From Clostridia bacterium (GTDB lineage Bacteria > Bacillota > Clostridia > Christensenellales > UBA1242): 64,000 bases of DNA. The notes beneath the pieces are model-generated. The model had not been told where the DNA came from. It ran no database searches and saw only the letters and a program-made list of their open reading frames with translations. Position 1 is the first letter of the stretch. Every line of letters starts with the position of its first letter. The DNA lies in assembly GCA_017501645.1 (NCBI GenBank), contig JAFVWN010000062.1, positions 2,980 through 66,979 on the forward strand, written 5' to 3'. Made by a program: the position numbers and the translations under genes. This document shows positions 26,833-36,236 of this stretch, in pieces.

Positions 26833-27063
26833 ATGGATAAACTAAAGACAATTATATGTAATTATGTGGATATAAAAGTTGCTGATATTAGAGATGATAT
26901 GAGTTTAAATGCAGACCTTGGTCTTGATTCGCTTTCTTTAACTATGATGATTATGGATATTGAGGAATCTTTTGGATGTGAAATCCCAGAGAGTGCTATA
27001 CACGAATTTCAAACATTGAACGATTTATATTCATATGTAGAAGAAAATGGAACAGGTATTTAG
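26833..27063 (+). CDS. Acyl/peptidyl carrier protein
   Basis: 76 aa, phosphopantetheine attachment motif LGLDSLSL, acidic helix after it. Confidence 0.8.
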   Translation: MDKLKTIICNYVDIKVADIRDDMSLNADLGLDSLSLTMMIMDIEESFGCEIPESAIHEFQTLNDLYSYVEENGTGI

Positions 27064-27070
27064 TAATATA

Positions 27071-27115
27071 AAAGACTTTGCGAAAATAAAATTTTAGTAA
27101 GCAAGGTCTTTTTTT
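27071..27115 (+). terminator. Rho-independent terminator ending the C-domain/carrier operon
   Basis: AAAGACTTTGC/GCAAGGTCTTT stem followed by T7. Confidence 0.7.
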
Positions 27116-27198
27116 ATGATTAATTTTAAAAAATTGTTCAAATTGCTTAACTATTAATAATAAGATATGTTATAATTGTTTTAATAAGGGAGGTTAAT

Positions 27199-27702
27199 AT
27201 GGAAGAAAATAAAGAAGTTGTAACTTTAAATCATAACATTTCTCCAAAATTTGTAAGCACAATAAGAGCAGATAGATTTTCTAGAATATTTTTCAATATG
27301 TCTGTAACATTGATGATTATTGCTTTATTTGCGGCTCTTTCTACATTTATATTACCATTTGCTCAAATGTTTTTAGTTCTTATAATTTTTCTTATTATCT
27401 TTTTAATGATTGTTGTTACTTTTGGAACAATATTTACTTTGCCAAACAATCCTATAATCCCATTGTGGGAGTTCTTGCAAAAAGCTATAGATTTTGAAAA
27501 GGTTCAAAGTCTGCTGGTTTATATTGTTAATGCAATACCTTATATTTGTATAGCTGGTTTGGTTTGTTCAGTTGTTTCACTTTTAATAACAGTGCTTAAC
27601 AAATCAAAAAGAGAAGTTGGAAAGATAGTTGCTTTATCTATATTTATTGGCATATTAATTATTGCGATTATACTATATTTTGTTTTGGGAGGTAGTTTAT
27701 AA
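27199..27702 (+). CDS. Polytopic membrane protein, unknown function
   Basis: GGGAGG RBS; 4 TM helices. Confidence 0.6.
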   Translation: MEENKEVVTLNHNISPKFVSTIRADRFSRIFFNMSVTLMIIALFAALSTFILPFAQMFLVLIIFLIIFLMIVVTFGTIFTLPNNPIIPLWEFLQKAIDFEKVQSLLVYIVNAIPYICIAGLVCSVVSLLITVLNKSKREVGKIVALSIFIGILIIAIILYFVLGGSL

Positions 27703-28199
27703 TGAAACTTGAAATAGAATTAGTTGGTGTTTATGATAAAGCAAATACTTTAGTTGTTGATGAAAAAGTTGTAAAACTAAAAAAGAAAGATGGCAACACT
27801 CGTTATGCTGTTGTAGAAACAGAAAAATCAAAGGTTGATGTTGCAATGTATAAGGCACACCATTATGTTGGAAAACATTGGTTCTGGTGGCAACTATTAT
27901 ACTTCTTTGTGAGTGTCTTTGGTATATTTGATATCAAGCAAGATAAAAAGATGCTTGTTGCTGATTGTAGTTTTACGGTTGATGTTACAGGGGACACAAA
28001 GGTCGTTTTGAAAAGAGAAAACTTTGTAGACCAAGGAAAATTCTTAAAAATAGAAACATCTTCAACTATTGAAGAAAAGAGTAACATTCAATATATTGAT
28101 AAAGAGGCTCTTAAAAGACATAAAAAAATGAAAAAGGCAAAAATTGGAATTTTTGCAGGCGTTGTGGTGTTAGCAATTTTATTAGTAATACTATTATAA
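27702..28199 (+). CDS. Membrane protein (central and C-terminal TM), unknown function
   Basis: ATG overlaps the upstream TAA (TAATG); hydrophobic segments. Confidence 0.55.
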   Translation: MKLEIELVGVYDKANTLVVDEKVVKLKKKDGNTRYAVVETEKSKVDVAMYKAHHYVGKHWFWWQLLYFFVSVFGIFDIKQDKKMLVADCSFTVDVTGDTKVVLKRENFVDQGKFLKIETSSTIEEKSNIQYIDKEALKRHKKMKKAKIGIFAGVVVLAILLVILL

Positions 28200-28219
28200 A
28201 ATTATAGGAGGAAAATATA

Positions 28220-28705
28220 ATGAAAGTATTTATTAAAAACAAAATTGTTTCTATAGGTGGTTCATCAATAGTTACAAACGAGCAAGGGGATGAAGTTTTT
28301 AAAATTGAAGGAAAGGTTTTAAGTCCAAGAAAAAAGAAATTAATGTATGATAAAGATGGTAATCTTATTTATATTATAAGAAACAGATTCTTTAATATGT
28401 TTGCTCACAAAGTTCATATTTTTGATGCAGAAAAGAATAGACTTGCAACTATTAAAAAGAACAAATTTAGCTTTAACCTAAAATACCAAATTGAAAATTG
28501 CGTTGATGAAATGGAACTTCAAGGTCAATGGTTTAAAGGTGAAAGCCTTATTATGAAAAACGGCGAACAAGTTGGTGTAATTAAAAAAGAATTTTCTATA
28601 TTTGCTGATAGTTACACTCTTGAAGCAGATGAGAAGGACATTCCTTTCTTAACAGCTTTATGTATTGCATTTGATAACCTTATTGATGAAAAGAATAAGG
28701 ATTAA
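28220..28705 (+). CDS. LURP-one-related / tubby C-terminal-like (DUF567, YxjI-like) protein
   Basis: Typical N-terminus MKVFIKNKIVSIGGSSIVTNEQGDEVFKIEGK and repeated beta-hairpin pattern, ~160 aa. Confidence 0.6.
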   Translation: MKVFIKNKIVSIGGSSIVTNEQGDEVFKIEGKVLSPRKKKLMYDKDGNLIYIIRNRFFNMFAHKVHIFDAEKNRLATIKKNKFSFNLKYQIENCVDEMELQGQWFKGESLIMKNGEQVGVIKKEFSIFADSYTLEADEKDIPFLTALCIAFDNLIDEKNKD

Positions 28706-28809
28706 TAACAAATAGGCAGATTGGAAAATTCTCCAATTTGTCTTTTTTTATTGAATAATATTTGGTGATATAATTTGTCTGTGTTATAATCTTGTTGGAG
28801 AATAAAATT

Positions 28810-29373
28810 ATGAAGTATAAAAAATATTATGATTTAATAAAAGAGCAAGCGGAAATTTTTGATAAAACTCAAAATTGTAAGATTGGACAAACTTGGGATT
28901 ATCATTTGTTGCCAGTTATTAAAAACGCTTTGATGCTTGCGGATAAATATGGTGCAGATAAAGATATTGTAGAGGTGTCTGCAATTTTTCACGATTATGC
29001 AGATTTGTTAGATTTTGCAAATAGGGAAAATCATCATATACTAGGAGCGGAACTTGCTGAAGGGGTTCTTATGCAAGATGGGTTTTCTCAAGATTTTATT
29101 GATAAGGTAAAAAGATGTATATTAAATCATAGGGCAAGTGTTGTAAGAGAAAAATTTTCAATTGAAGAAATTTGTGTTGCAGATGCAGATGCAATGAGTC
29201 ATTTAGATAGCGTTGTCGAACTTATATGCTGGCGTGCGTATCTTGGAGAAGATATACAAACCTGTAATGATTTTGTCAAAACTAAAATTAAAAAAAGTTA
29301 TGCAAAAATGAGTCCTCAAATCAAAGAAATGATGAGAGACAAATATGAAAGCATAATGAGTATTTTGCTATAA
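28810..29373 (+). CDS. HD-domain phosphohydrolase
   Basis: H...HD...D pattern (IFHDYAD, HHILGA, NHRA, DADAMSH). ATG 28810 after GGAGA. Confidence 0.7.
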   Translation: MKYKKYYDLIKEQAEIFDKTQNCKIGQTWDYHLLPVIKNALMLADKYGADKDIVEVSAIFHDYADLLDFANRENHHILGAELAEGVLMQDGFSQDFIDKVKRCILNHRASVVREKFSIEEICVADADAMSHLDSVVELICWRAYLGEDIQTCNDFVKTKIKKSYAKMSPQIKEMMRDKYESIMSILL

Positions 29374-29385
29374 TAGGAGACAGAT

Positions 29386-30750
29386 ATGATTATTTTAACA
29401 AGTAGTCTTAATCTTTATGAAAAAGATGAGAACGGAATTAAAAAAGCGCAAAAATTCCCAAATGATAATGATATTTTGGGTGTTTTTCGCAAAAATATTA
29501 AAAAATATGAAAATTTTCTATTTGTTGCAAGTCTTGAAAACGAGCCTGAAATTACTGAAAATTATGCAAGATTAACATTTGAATCTTTTTCTAAAACATT
29601 ACCATTTTTTAATTATAGAGTGTTAGATGGAAGAAGTGCGTCTCAAGCAAGTGAGTTAATAAAAAATGCTGATTTTATATTTTTAAGTGGTGGACATTTA
29701 CCAACCCAAAATGCTTTTTTTAATAAAATAAATCTCAAAAATTTATTACAAAATACTGAGGCTTTAATTTGTGGTGGAAGTGCAGGTTCTATGAATTGTG
29801 CTGATATTGTATATTGTCCACCTGAGATAGAAGGTGAGAGTCTGGATAAAAATTTCAAAAGATATTTGAAGGGTTTAGGATTTACAAACATTAATATTTT
29901 GCCACATTTTGAAGATTTTGAAAATTTTGTTTTGGATGGAAAAAATTATATTGAAGAAATTATTTTACCAGACACTTATAAAAATAAAGTTCTTGCCATT
30001 CCTGACGGTAGCTATATTGTTATTGACGAAAAACAGAATAAAAGCTTTTTGTATGGAGAAGGGTATATGCTCGATTGTGGAAAAATTACAAAAATCAACA
30101 ATGATGGACAGGTGAAAGATGTTACTGATTTGGAAGTTAAGACTGATATAGAAATTAATAGTCATTCATCAATTTTAATAAATAAAGATATTTATGTTGA
30201 CCCGTTCAACATAACTAAGAAAGGTGAGGCAAAATACATATTTATAACTCATTCTCATTATGACCATTTTTCACCACAGGATATACAAAAAATCATAACA
30301 GAAGACACAATTTTAATTTGTCCCCAAAATATGGAAAATGAAATGTCTGCTTACGATAACAAAAAAGTTTTTGTATTGCCAAATCAAAAATATAGTGTTG
30401 GTGATTTACATTTTGAGACTTTTGCATCTTATAATCTTAATAAAAAATTTCATCCAAAAGACAATTTGAATGTGGGATATATAGTTGATTGTGATGGAGA
30501 AAAAATTGCAATCGTTGGCGATAGCGACAATACTGAAGAATTGCAAAAAATAAAAACAGATGTTTTGCTTATTCCAATTGGCGGAACTTATACAATGACT
30601 GTAAGTGAGGCAGTTTTGGCTACGAAAGCAATTAAGCCAAAACTGGCAATCCCTACACATTATGGCTCTATTGTTGGAGATAAAAATCTAGGTGAAGAGT
30701 TTGAAAAACAAATAGCTATATCTAATATCAAATGTAAAATTTTAATATAA
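29386..30750 (+). CDS. Fusion protein: peptidase S51 (PepE-like, class I GATase fold) N-domain plus MBL-fold metallo-hydrolase C-domain
   Basis: N-domain: FIFLSGGH..LICGGSAGSMNCA (nucleophile-elbow Ser). C-domain: FITHSHYDHF plus IPTHYG. Confidence 0.65.
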   Translation: MIILTSSLNLYEKDENGIKKAQKFPNDNDILGVFRKNIKKYENFLFVASLENEPEITENYARLTFESFSKTLPFFNYRVLDGRSASQASELIKNADFIFLSGGHLPTQNAFFNKINLKNLLQNTEALICGGSAGSMNCADIVYCPPEIEGESLDKNFKRYLKGLGFTNINILPHFEDFENFVLDGKNYIEEIILPDTYKNKVLAIPDGSYIVIDEKQNKSFLYGEGYMLDCGKITKINNDGQVKDVTDLEVKTDIEINSHSSILINKDIYVDPFNITKKGEAKYIFITHSHYDHFSPQDIQKIITEDTILICPQNMENEMSAYDNKKVFVLPNQKYSVGDLHFETFASYNLNKKFHPKDNLNVGYIVDCDGEKIAIVGDSDNTEELQKIKTDVLLIPIGGTYTMTVSEAVLATKAIKPKLAIPTHYGSIVGDKNLGEEFEKQIAISNIKCKILI

Positions 30751-30827
30751 ATATGAAATAATATATTAAATTCGTTTTGTGGTATAAAAAGATATATGGT
30801 ATAATAAATTTATTAAAGGAGAAATTT

Positions 30828-31286
30828 ATGGACATTATGTTTTGGGTATGGCTTGCAATTATTGTTGTGACAATTGTTGTAGAAGCCTTTACAATGGAAA
30901 TCATTTCTATATGGTTTACAGTTGGTGCAATTCCGTCATTTATCTTAGCAGGTTTTAATGCTGTTGGTTGGGAAATTCAGCTTGTAATATTTATTGTTAT
31001 TTCAGCAGTATTGATTTTGTCTCTACGCAAGATAACAAAAAATTTCTTGTTAAGAAACTCAAATGCTAAGACCAATTTGGCTTCAGTGATTGGGACAAAA
31101 GTAAGAATGATTGAAATGACTGATTTTGATAGTATAGGAACTGTAAAGCTTAACGGTGTTACTTGGAGTGCCGTTGGTGAAAATGGTGAAACAATAGAAA
31201 GTGGAGCTGTTGTTGAAATCGTAAAAATTGAAGGAAATAAACTTTTTGTAAAAGAAGTTGATTCAAAAGAAAAAAATAAAAAATAG
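30828..31286 (+). CDS. NfeD-family membrane protein
   Basis: Three N-terminal TM helices plus a C-terminal OB-like GTVKLNGVTWSAVGE..VVEIVKIEGNKLFV. ATG 30828 after AAAGGAGA. Confidence 0.8.
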   Translation: MDIMFWVWLAIIVVTIVVEAFTMEIISIWFTVGAIPSFILAGFNAVGWEIQLVIFIVISAVLILSLRKITKNFLLRNSNAKTNLASVIGTKVRMIEMTDFDSIGTVKLNGVTWSAVGENGETIESGAVVEIVKIEGNKLFVKEVDSKEKNKK

Positions 31287-31300
31287 AGGAGAAAATATTT

Positions 31301-32275
31301 ATGAATCCATTATTAATAGTATTAATAGTTTTAGGTGCAATATTTTTAATTTTACTATGTGCATCAATAAGAATTGTAAGACAGGCAACATCAGTTGTTG
31401 TAGAAAGATTAGGGAAATATCACAAGACACTTGAAACAGGTGTTCATATGGTAATACCATTTTTTGATAGATGCTCTCCAGCAATATCATTAAAAGAAAT
31501 CGTTGCAGACTTTGCTCCACAACCAGTCATTACAAAGGATAATGTAACAATGCAAATCGACACAGTTGTGTATTTCCAAGTAACTGATGCAAAATTATTT
31601 TCATACGGCGTAGATAAGCCAATAAGAGCTATTGAAAATTTAACAGCTACAACACTTAGAAACATTGTTGGTGAATTAGAACTTGATGAAACTTTAACAT
31701 CTCGTGATACTGTAAACTCAAAAATGAGAGCCATTCTAGATGAAGCGACAGACCCTTGGGGTATTAAGATTAATCGTGTTGAACTTAAAAATATTTTACC
31801 ACCAAAAGATATTCAAGATGCAATGGAAAAGCAAATGAGGGCAGAGCGTGAAAGGCGTGAACAAATCCTTAAAGCAGAAGGTGAAAAGCGTTCAAGTATC
31901 TTAGTTGCAGAAGGTGAAAAGCAAGCACAAATTTTAAAAGCTGAAGCAGAAAAAGAAACAAAGATTTTAAGAGCAGAGGCAGACAAGGCAGCAATGATTG
32001 CAAAAGCTGAAGCAGAAAACAAAGCTATCGAACTTATCAATAAGGCAAGACCAGATGCCGCATACATTACTCTTCAAGGTTTTGAAGCACTAAAGGTGTT
32101 GGCTGAAGGTAATGCAACAAAGATTATTGTTCCAAGTGAAATTCAAAATGTTGCAGGATTACTTACTAGTATGACTGAAGTTGTAAAGGGAGAAAAAGGA
32201 CTTGCGGACAAAAAAGAAAAAGAACCTGCAAAGAAATCTGAAACTCCAGAAAAAGACACTAAAAAAGCAAAATAA
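31301..32275 (+). CDS. SPFH/band-7 (stomatin/slipin-like) protein
   Basis: N-terminal TM, SPFH core (VVERLGKYHKTL..GIKINRVELKNI), AEAEK coiled-coil tail. Canonical partner of NfeD. Confidence 0.85.
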   Translation: MNPLLIVLIVLGAIFLILLCASIRIVRQATSVVVERLGKYHKTLETGVHMVIPFFDRCSPAISLKEIVADFAPQPVITKDNVTMQIDTVVYFQVTDAKLFSYGVDKPIRAIENLTATTLRNIVGELELDETLTSRDTVNSKMRAILDEATDPWGIKINRVELKNILPPKDIQDAMEKQMRAERERREQILKAEGEKRSSILVAEGEKQAQILKAEAEKETKILRAEADKAAMIAKAEAENKAIELINKARPDAAYITLQGFEALKVLAEGNATKIIVPSEIQNVAGLLTSMTEVVKGEKGLADKKEKEPAKKSETPEKDTKKAK

Positions 32276-32320
32276 TTAGTAAAAAGCGGTGAAAAACCGC
32301 TTTTTTTAATACTTTTGGTC

Positions 32321-32349
32321 TTGAAAATGCGTTTTTTATATGTTATAAT
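32321..32349 (+). promoter_or_regulatory. Promoter TTGAAA-17-TGtTATAAT
   Basis: Follows the terminator AAAAGCGGTGAAAAACCGCTTTTTTT (32282-32307). Confidence 0.6.
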
Positions 32350-32384
32350 GTAAACAATAACATAATTAATATGGGGGTAAAATT

Positions 32385-33068
32385 ATGGCTGAAAATGATA
32401 ACAGACAAATGAGAACTTATGGTGATGATGAACGCACAGGAAAAGCAAGACAAAGAGCCCCAAAGGTTTCTGGTACTGCTGGTGTGGTTCCTGCATCATA
32501 CAGAGTTCCAGCTGGTAAAGATGTAATGCTTAAGGACATTCTTTACAGAATTGATAACAGAGAGTTTGGTAAAGATATTTTTGAAGACAAGGCTTGGCTT
32601 GAAAGAAGGCTTTATGAGCTTTCTTGTCATAAAGATAAATCTTCTTATCAGGGTACTGAATATGATTGGTCGAAAGGCAGAAAGGTTTCTTTGAGAGTAA
32701 CAAAAGAACAATTAGTAGAAAGAGTTGCAGGAATGCTTGAAACTGTTAATAATGATATTTATAATCATACAATTCCAGTAATTATTGTTGATGAAGCTAT
32801 TGCTTATTTACAAGATGAGGCCTCAACAGTTAAAGAGAAGGCTGAAGCAAAAAAGAATCTTGAGGGTGTAATTAAGTTTATGTTGCAAGAAGAAGCTCCG
32901 CAAGAATATTACTCTAATCCAACATATGATAGAAAAACTGGTGAATTTGTAAGAAAAAGAATTAAAAAAGAAGAGATTTTAGAAGTTGCAATGGATCTTA
33001 ATGTTCAACTTCAAACAGAACTTGCTGGTAAAGTTGCAACAGAAGATGATACAGAGCCAGAGGTTTAA
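32385..33068 (+). CDS. Hypothetical soluble acidic protein
   Basis: GGGGG RBS; no motif recognised. Confidence 0.55.
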   Translation: MAENDNRQMRTYGDDERTGKARQRAPKVSGTAGVVPASYRVPAGKDVMLKDILYRIDNREFGKDIFEDKAWLERRLYELSCHKDKSSYQGTEYDWSKGRKVSLRVTKEQLVERVAGMLETVNNDIYNHTIPVIIVDEAIAYLQDEASTVKEKAEAKKNLEGVIKFMLQEEAPQEYYSNPTYDRKTGEFVRKRIKKEEILEVAMDLNVQLQTELAGKVATEDDTEPEV

Positions 33069-33138
33069 AACTTAGATAAAAACCCTTTGATAGGGGTTTT
33101 TATTTTTTGTATAAAATGAAGTAAAAAAAGAGGTAAAA

Positions 33139-34020
33139 ATGTTTAGTTTTATTAATCTTCCTGCGGTAAGAATTAAAAAATCTAAGTTGACCCATAATGA
33201 ACTTATCAATCTTTTTGAAACAAAAGAAAATGAAGGCAAAAAATGGGAAACTTCTTTTTTTAATGCTCTTTATAATGAAGATATGGACAGAATTAATATG
33301 CTTTTGAAAGAGGGTGGAATTACTAACAAGTCTCTAGCAATGTACTATATTGATTTGCTGTTAGCATATTTCACAGAAAAAGATTACGATAACAATATTA
33401 ATTATCTTCTTGTAAGAAAGATTTTACTTGGCGACAAAGAGGAAAAGAAAGGATTTGTTCAATCGATTGATGTAGATGGTGAAATAATAAAAGTTGAAAC
33501 AAAAGACGGGCTTATAAGTGCAACAAAAATATCTGCAATTTATCCAAATGTAAAGAAGTTGTTTCCTGAGATAGAGGGGAAAAACAGGTATGGATATTGC
33601 CACGATTTTTCTAAAAGATTAGCAAAAAATTTAAATGTTCCTTGCAGGGTTGCAACTGGTTATGTTGCTCCATTATCAAGAAAAGCGCAGTGTCTTCACT
33701 CTTGGGTTGAATATAACAGAGAGGGTGAAAATTGGGTTTTAGATGTAACAAGAAATTTGTTTATCAAAAGAGATTTATACTACAAGTTAAGAGGGGTAAA
33801 ATACCCTGTGTATAAAATAAGTAAAGAGACATTAATGGCAGATACTGAAATGATTTCTTATTTGTTTGACCACGAGGTGTGGTCGGGAAAGGTTTACTTT
33901 GCAAACAGGCCTCTTGCGATAAGATGGTATAACCACTTAATGAGAGAAGAAAAAAGACGAAACAAAGAGGTTGAGAGTAGTTCTTCTATCGTTGACCATT
34001 CTCAAGAACCTGAAAAATAG
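33139..34020 (+). CDS. Transglutaminase-like / papain-fold putative cysteine peptidase
   Basis: Ordered C-H-D triad candidates: GYCHDFS, LHSWVEY, WVLDVT. Confidence 0.5.
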   Translation: MFSFINLPAVRIKKSKLTHNELINLFETKENEGKKWETSFFNALYNEDMDRINMLLKEGGITNKSLAMYYIDLLLAYFTEKDYDNNINYLLVRKILLGDKEEKKGFVQSIDVDGEIIKVETKDGLISATKISAIYPNVKKLFPEIEGKNRYGYCHDFSKRLAKNLNVPCRVATGYVAPLSRKAQCLHSWVEYNREGENWVLDVTRNLFIKRDLYYKLRGVKYPVYKISKETLMADTEMISYLFDHEVWSGKVYFANRPLAIRWYNHLMREEKRRNKEVESSSSIVDHSQEPEK

Positions 34021-34119
34021 AAAAAGCAATATTAAGTCTAAATAAGATTAGATATTAATGTTGCTTTTTATTTTGATATTTTAAACATCTGTGATATAAT
34101 AGACCAAGAGGTAAAAGTA

Positions 34120-34731
34120 ATGAAAATATTTTTAATTTGTAGTAAATCTTTTTATGGAAAGATAGAATATTATAAAACAAATCTCGAGAAGATGGGGCAT
34201 AATGTAACTTTGCCTAATTGTTATGATGCTCCAGAAACAGAGGCTAAGTATAGGGGGACGGATGCTCATTCGTCTTGGAAGGCAGAAATGATTAAGCATA
34301 GCGAAGAAGTAATCAAAGATATGGATGCAGTGTTGGTTCTTAATTTTGATAAGAATGGTCAAAAGAATTATATAGGAGGGGCAACATTTCTTGAAATTTA
34401 TGATGCTTTTAGACTTGGCAAAAAAATATATTTTATAAACGATTTGCCTGAAGGAATGCTTAAAGATGAGTTGATAGGTTTTTCTCCAATTATTCTAAAT
34501 AATGACTTATCAGTGTTTAAAACAGATGAGATTTGTGTTGGGGATAAGTTAAAGCATTATAAAGGTGGAGAATATACGGTTCTTGCCATAGCTGAGAATA
34601 CTGAAACAAATGAAAAAATGGTGGTTTATCAAGCAAATTACGGAGATAATAAGGTTTGGGTTAGACCTCAAACAATGTTTTTTGATAAAATAAACAATTC
34701 TACAAATAGATTTGAAAAAATAAACAAATAA
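34120..34731 (+). CDS. Fusion of a nucleoside 2-deoxyribosyltransferase-like flavodoxin-fold domain with DUF1653
   Basis: C-terminal YKGGEYTVLAIAENTETNEKMVVYQANYGDNKVWVRPQTMF matches the DUF1653 pattern as I recall it. The N-domain call is weaker. Confidence 0.5.
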   Translation: MKIFLICSKSFYGKIEYYKTNLEKMGHNVTLPNCYDAPETEAKYRGTDAHSSWKAEMIKHSEEVIKDMDAVLVLNFDKNGQKNYIGGATFLEIYDAFRLGKKIYFINDLPEGMLKDELIGFSPIILNNDLSVFKTDEICVGDKLKHYKGGEYTVLAIAENTETNEKMVVYQANYGDNKVWVRPQTMFFDKINNSTNRFEKINK

Positions 34732-34875
34732 ATATGGTTTTTTACTGTTGGTATTGAAGCACAATAAAGAATGACTATATATTTTTTGATAAAGCGATTA
34801 ATAAAAAAGGAAGTGTGTAATTAAGTGTATAATAAAGACTTAATTAGACAATTCCTTTTTATTTTTTAATATTTT

Positions 34876-35577
34876 TTATTGTTTTTCTTTTAATTTTTTG
34901 CTCTTTTTTCTTCGTAAAAGTTCAACAATTAAAACTGTAGTTCCGTAGAGGACTATATATATAGGCGCCATAAGCCAAGCATTTAGAGGTGTTCCACTAA
35001 GGATAGGTGTTATTATGTGGAAGGCATCATCATAGCCTAGACAACCAATAAGGAAAGCACCAAAGGTGAAATAACTAGTAAAACCAAAAAGAGTGCAATA
35101 CCACTTTTTATATGAGATTTCTATTTGATTGAACACAAGGAGTATAACAACCATTACTATTGAAAGAGAGTGATGAAGCATACCTGTTATTGTTGGAGGG
35201 TAAAAGAAAGATGGATTTTGCGGAAGAAAATCAGGATATACCATTGTTAAGATTCCACCAAGTAAAGCTATAAACCAAACAAAGTGATATACATTGTTGT
35301 TTTTCTTTCCAAAAATAACAGCCAAGGCTAAAACCAAACTGCTCATACCACAAAATTGGTTTGGAAACATATAGTGCCATTTTGGAGGATTGCAATATAA
35401 AGTAATAGACAATCTGCTTGCAAAGATAGATAAAAACAATATAATTCCCATTATTTTAATAATAATATTTTGTGATTTTTCTGTTTTTGCGAATTTTTTT
35501 GCACAAATGATGCCAACGGTTGCAAGTGTAAAAAAGACAGCTAAATAAGTAAAGTGTTCCCGCCCAAAAATTTTCAT
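34876..35577 (-). CDS. Polytopic membrane protein (YwaF/TIGR02206-like, tentative)
   Basis: 7 hydrophobic helices; N-terminal FG..HF pattern. Confidence 0.55.
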   Translation of the reverse strand: MKIFGREHFTYLAVFFTLATVGIICAKKFAKTEKSQNIIIKIMGIILFLSIFASRLSITLYCNPPKWHYMFPNQFCGMSSLVLALAVIFGKKNNNVYHFVWFIALLGGILTMVYPDFLPQNPSFFYPPTITGMLHHSLSIVMVVILLVFNQIEISYKKWYCTLFGFTSYFTFGAFLIGCLGYDDAFHIITPILSGTPLNAWLMAPIYIVLYGTTVLIVELLRRKKSKKLKEKQ

Positions 35578-35910
35578 AATAAAACTCCATTTTTTATAAA
35601 TTTCTCTGTTAAGATTATTTTATCATTTTATTAGTTATAAATCAAATGAAAAAAAAGATTAAAACAAATAAAAAATACTAGTTGTTGTATTATTAAAAAG
35701 CTAATGATAAAAACAGAGAAGAAATTTATAGACAAGCGAATTAAAGTATCAGGTAGATAAATATTTCAATGATTTATAATTTAACAGCGGTGGAAACACT
35801 GCTGTTTTTTATGTTGTGCGAAAGAAAGACAATAATTGATAATAATAGTCAATATTTGTTTGGTTTAAAGTGAAAGAATTGTGATAATGTATTTCTAGGA
35901 GGGAAAAGAA

Positions 35911-36225
35911 ATGGAAATAAAATATTCTTTCCAGGGAGAAGAGTTGAATGTTGTTATGAAAGGAGAACTTGATGAATGTACCGCACCATATGTAAGGCTG
36001 TCTCTTGATACAATATTGAAAGACCTTAACGGAGGTGACACAAAACTTGTGCTTGATTTAGGGGGCGTTTCTTTTATGGATAGCACAGGGATAGGTGTTC
36101 TTTTAGGCAGATATAATAAGTTTAGAAAAAGTAATGTGAATATTTATATAAAAAATCCTCAAGGGCATGTAAACAGGATTCTTGAGATGACAGGAATTTA
36201 TGAGATAATGCCAAAAATATCATAG
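35911..36225 (+). CDS. spoIIAA: Anti-sigma-F factor antagonist SpoIIAA (STAS domain)
   Basis: LDLGGVSFMDSTGIGVLLGRY with the phosphorylatable Ser; operon context. Confidence 0.9.
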   Translation: MEIKYSFQGEELNVVMKGELDECTAPYVRLSLDTILKDLNGGDTKLVLDLGGVSFMDSTGIGVLLGRYNKFRKSNVNIYIKNPQGHVNRILEMTGIYEIMPKIS

Positions 36226-36236
36226 GAGTTAAAATA

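Noticed and set aside
31444-32067. Antisense ORFs within the SPFH gene (and similar ones inside the ABC-F gene, the big lipoprotein genes, the P-type ATPase gene and argS)
   Set aside because: They are shadow ORFs opposite well-supported genes, with no independent signals.
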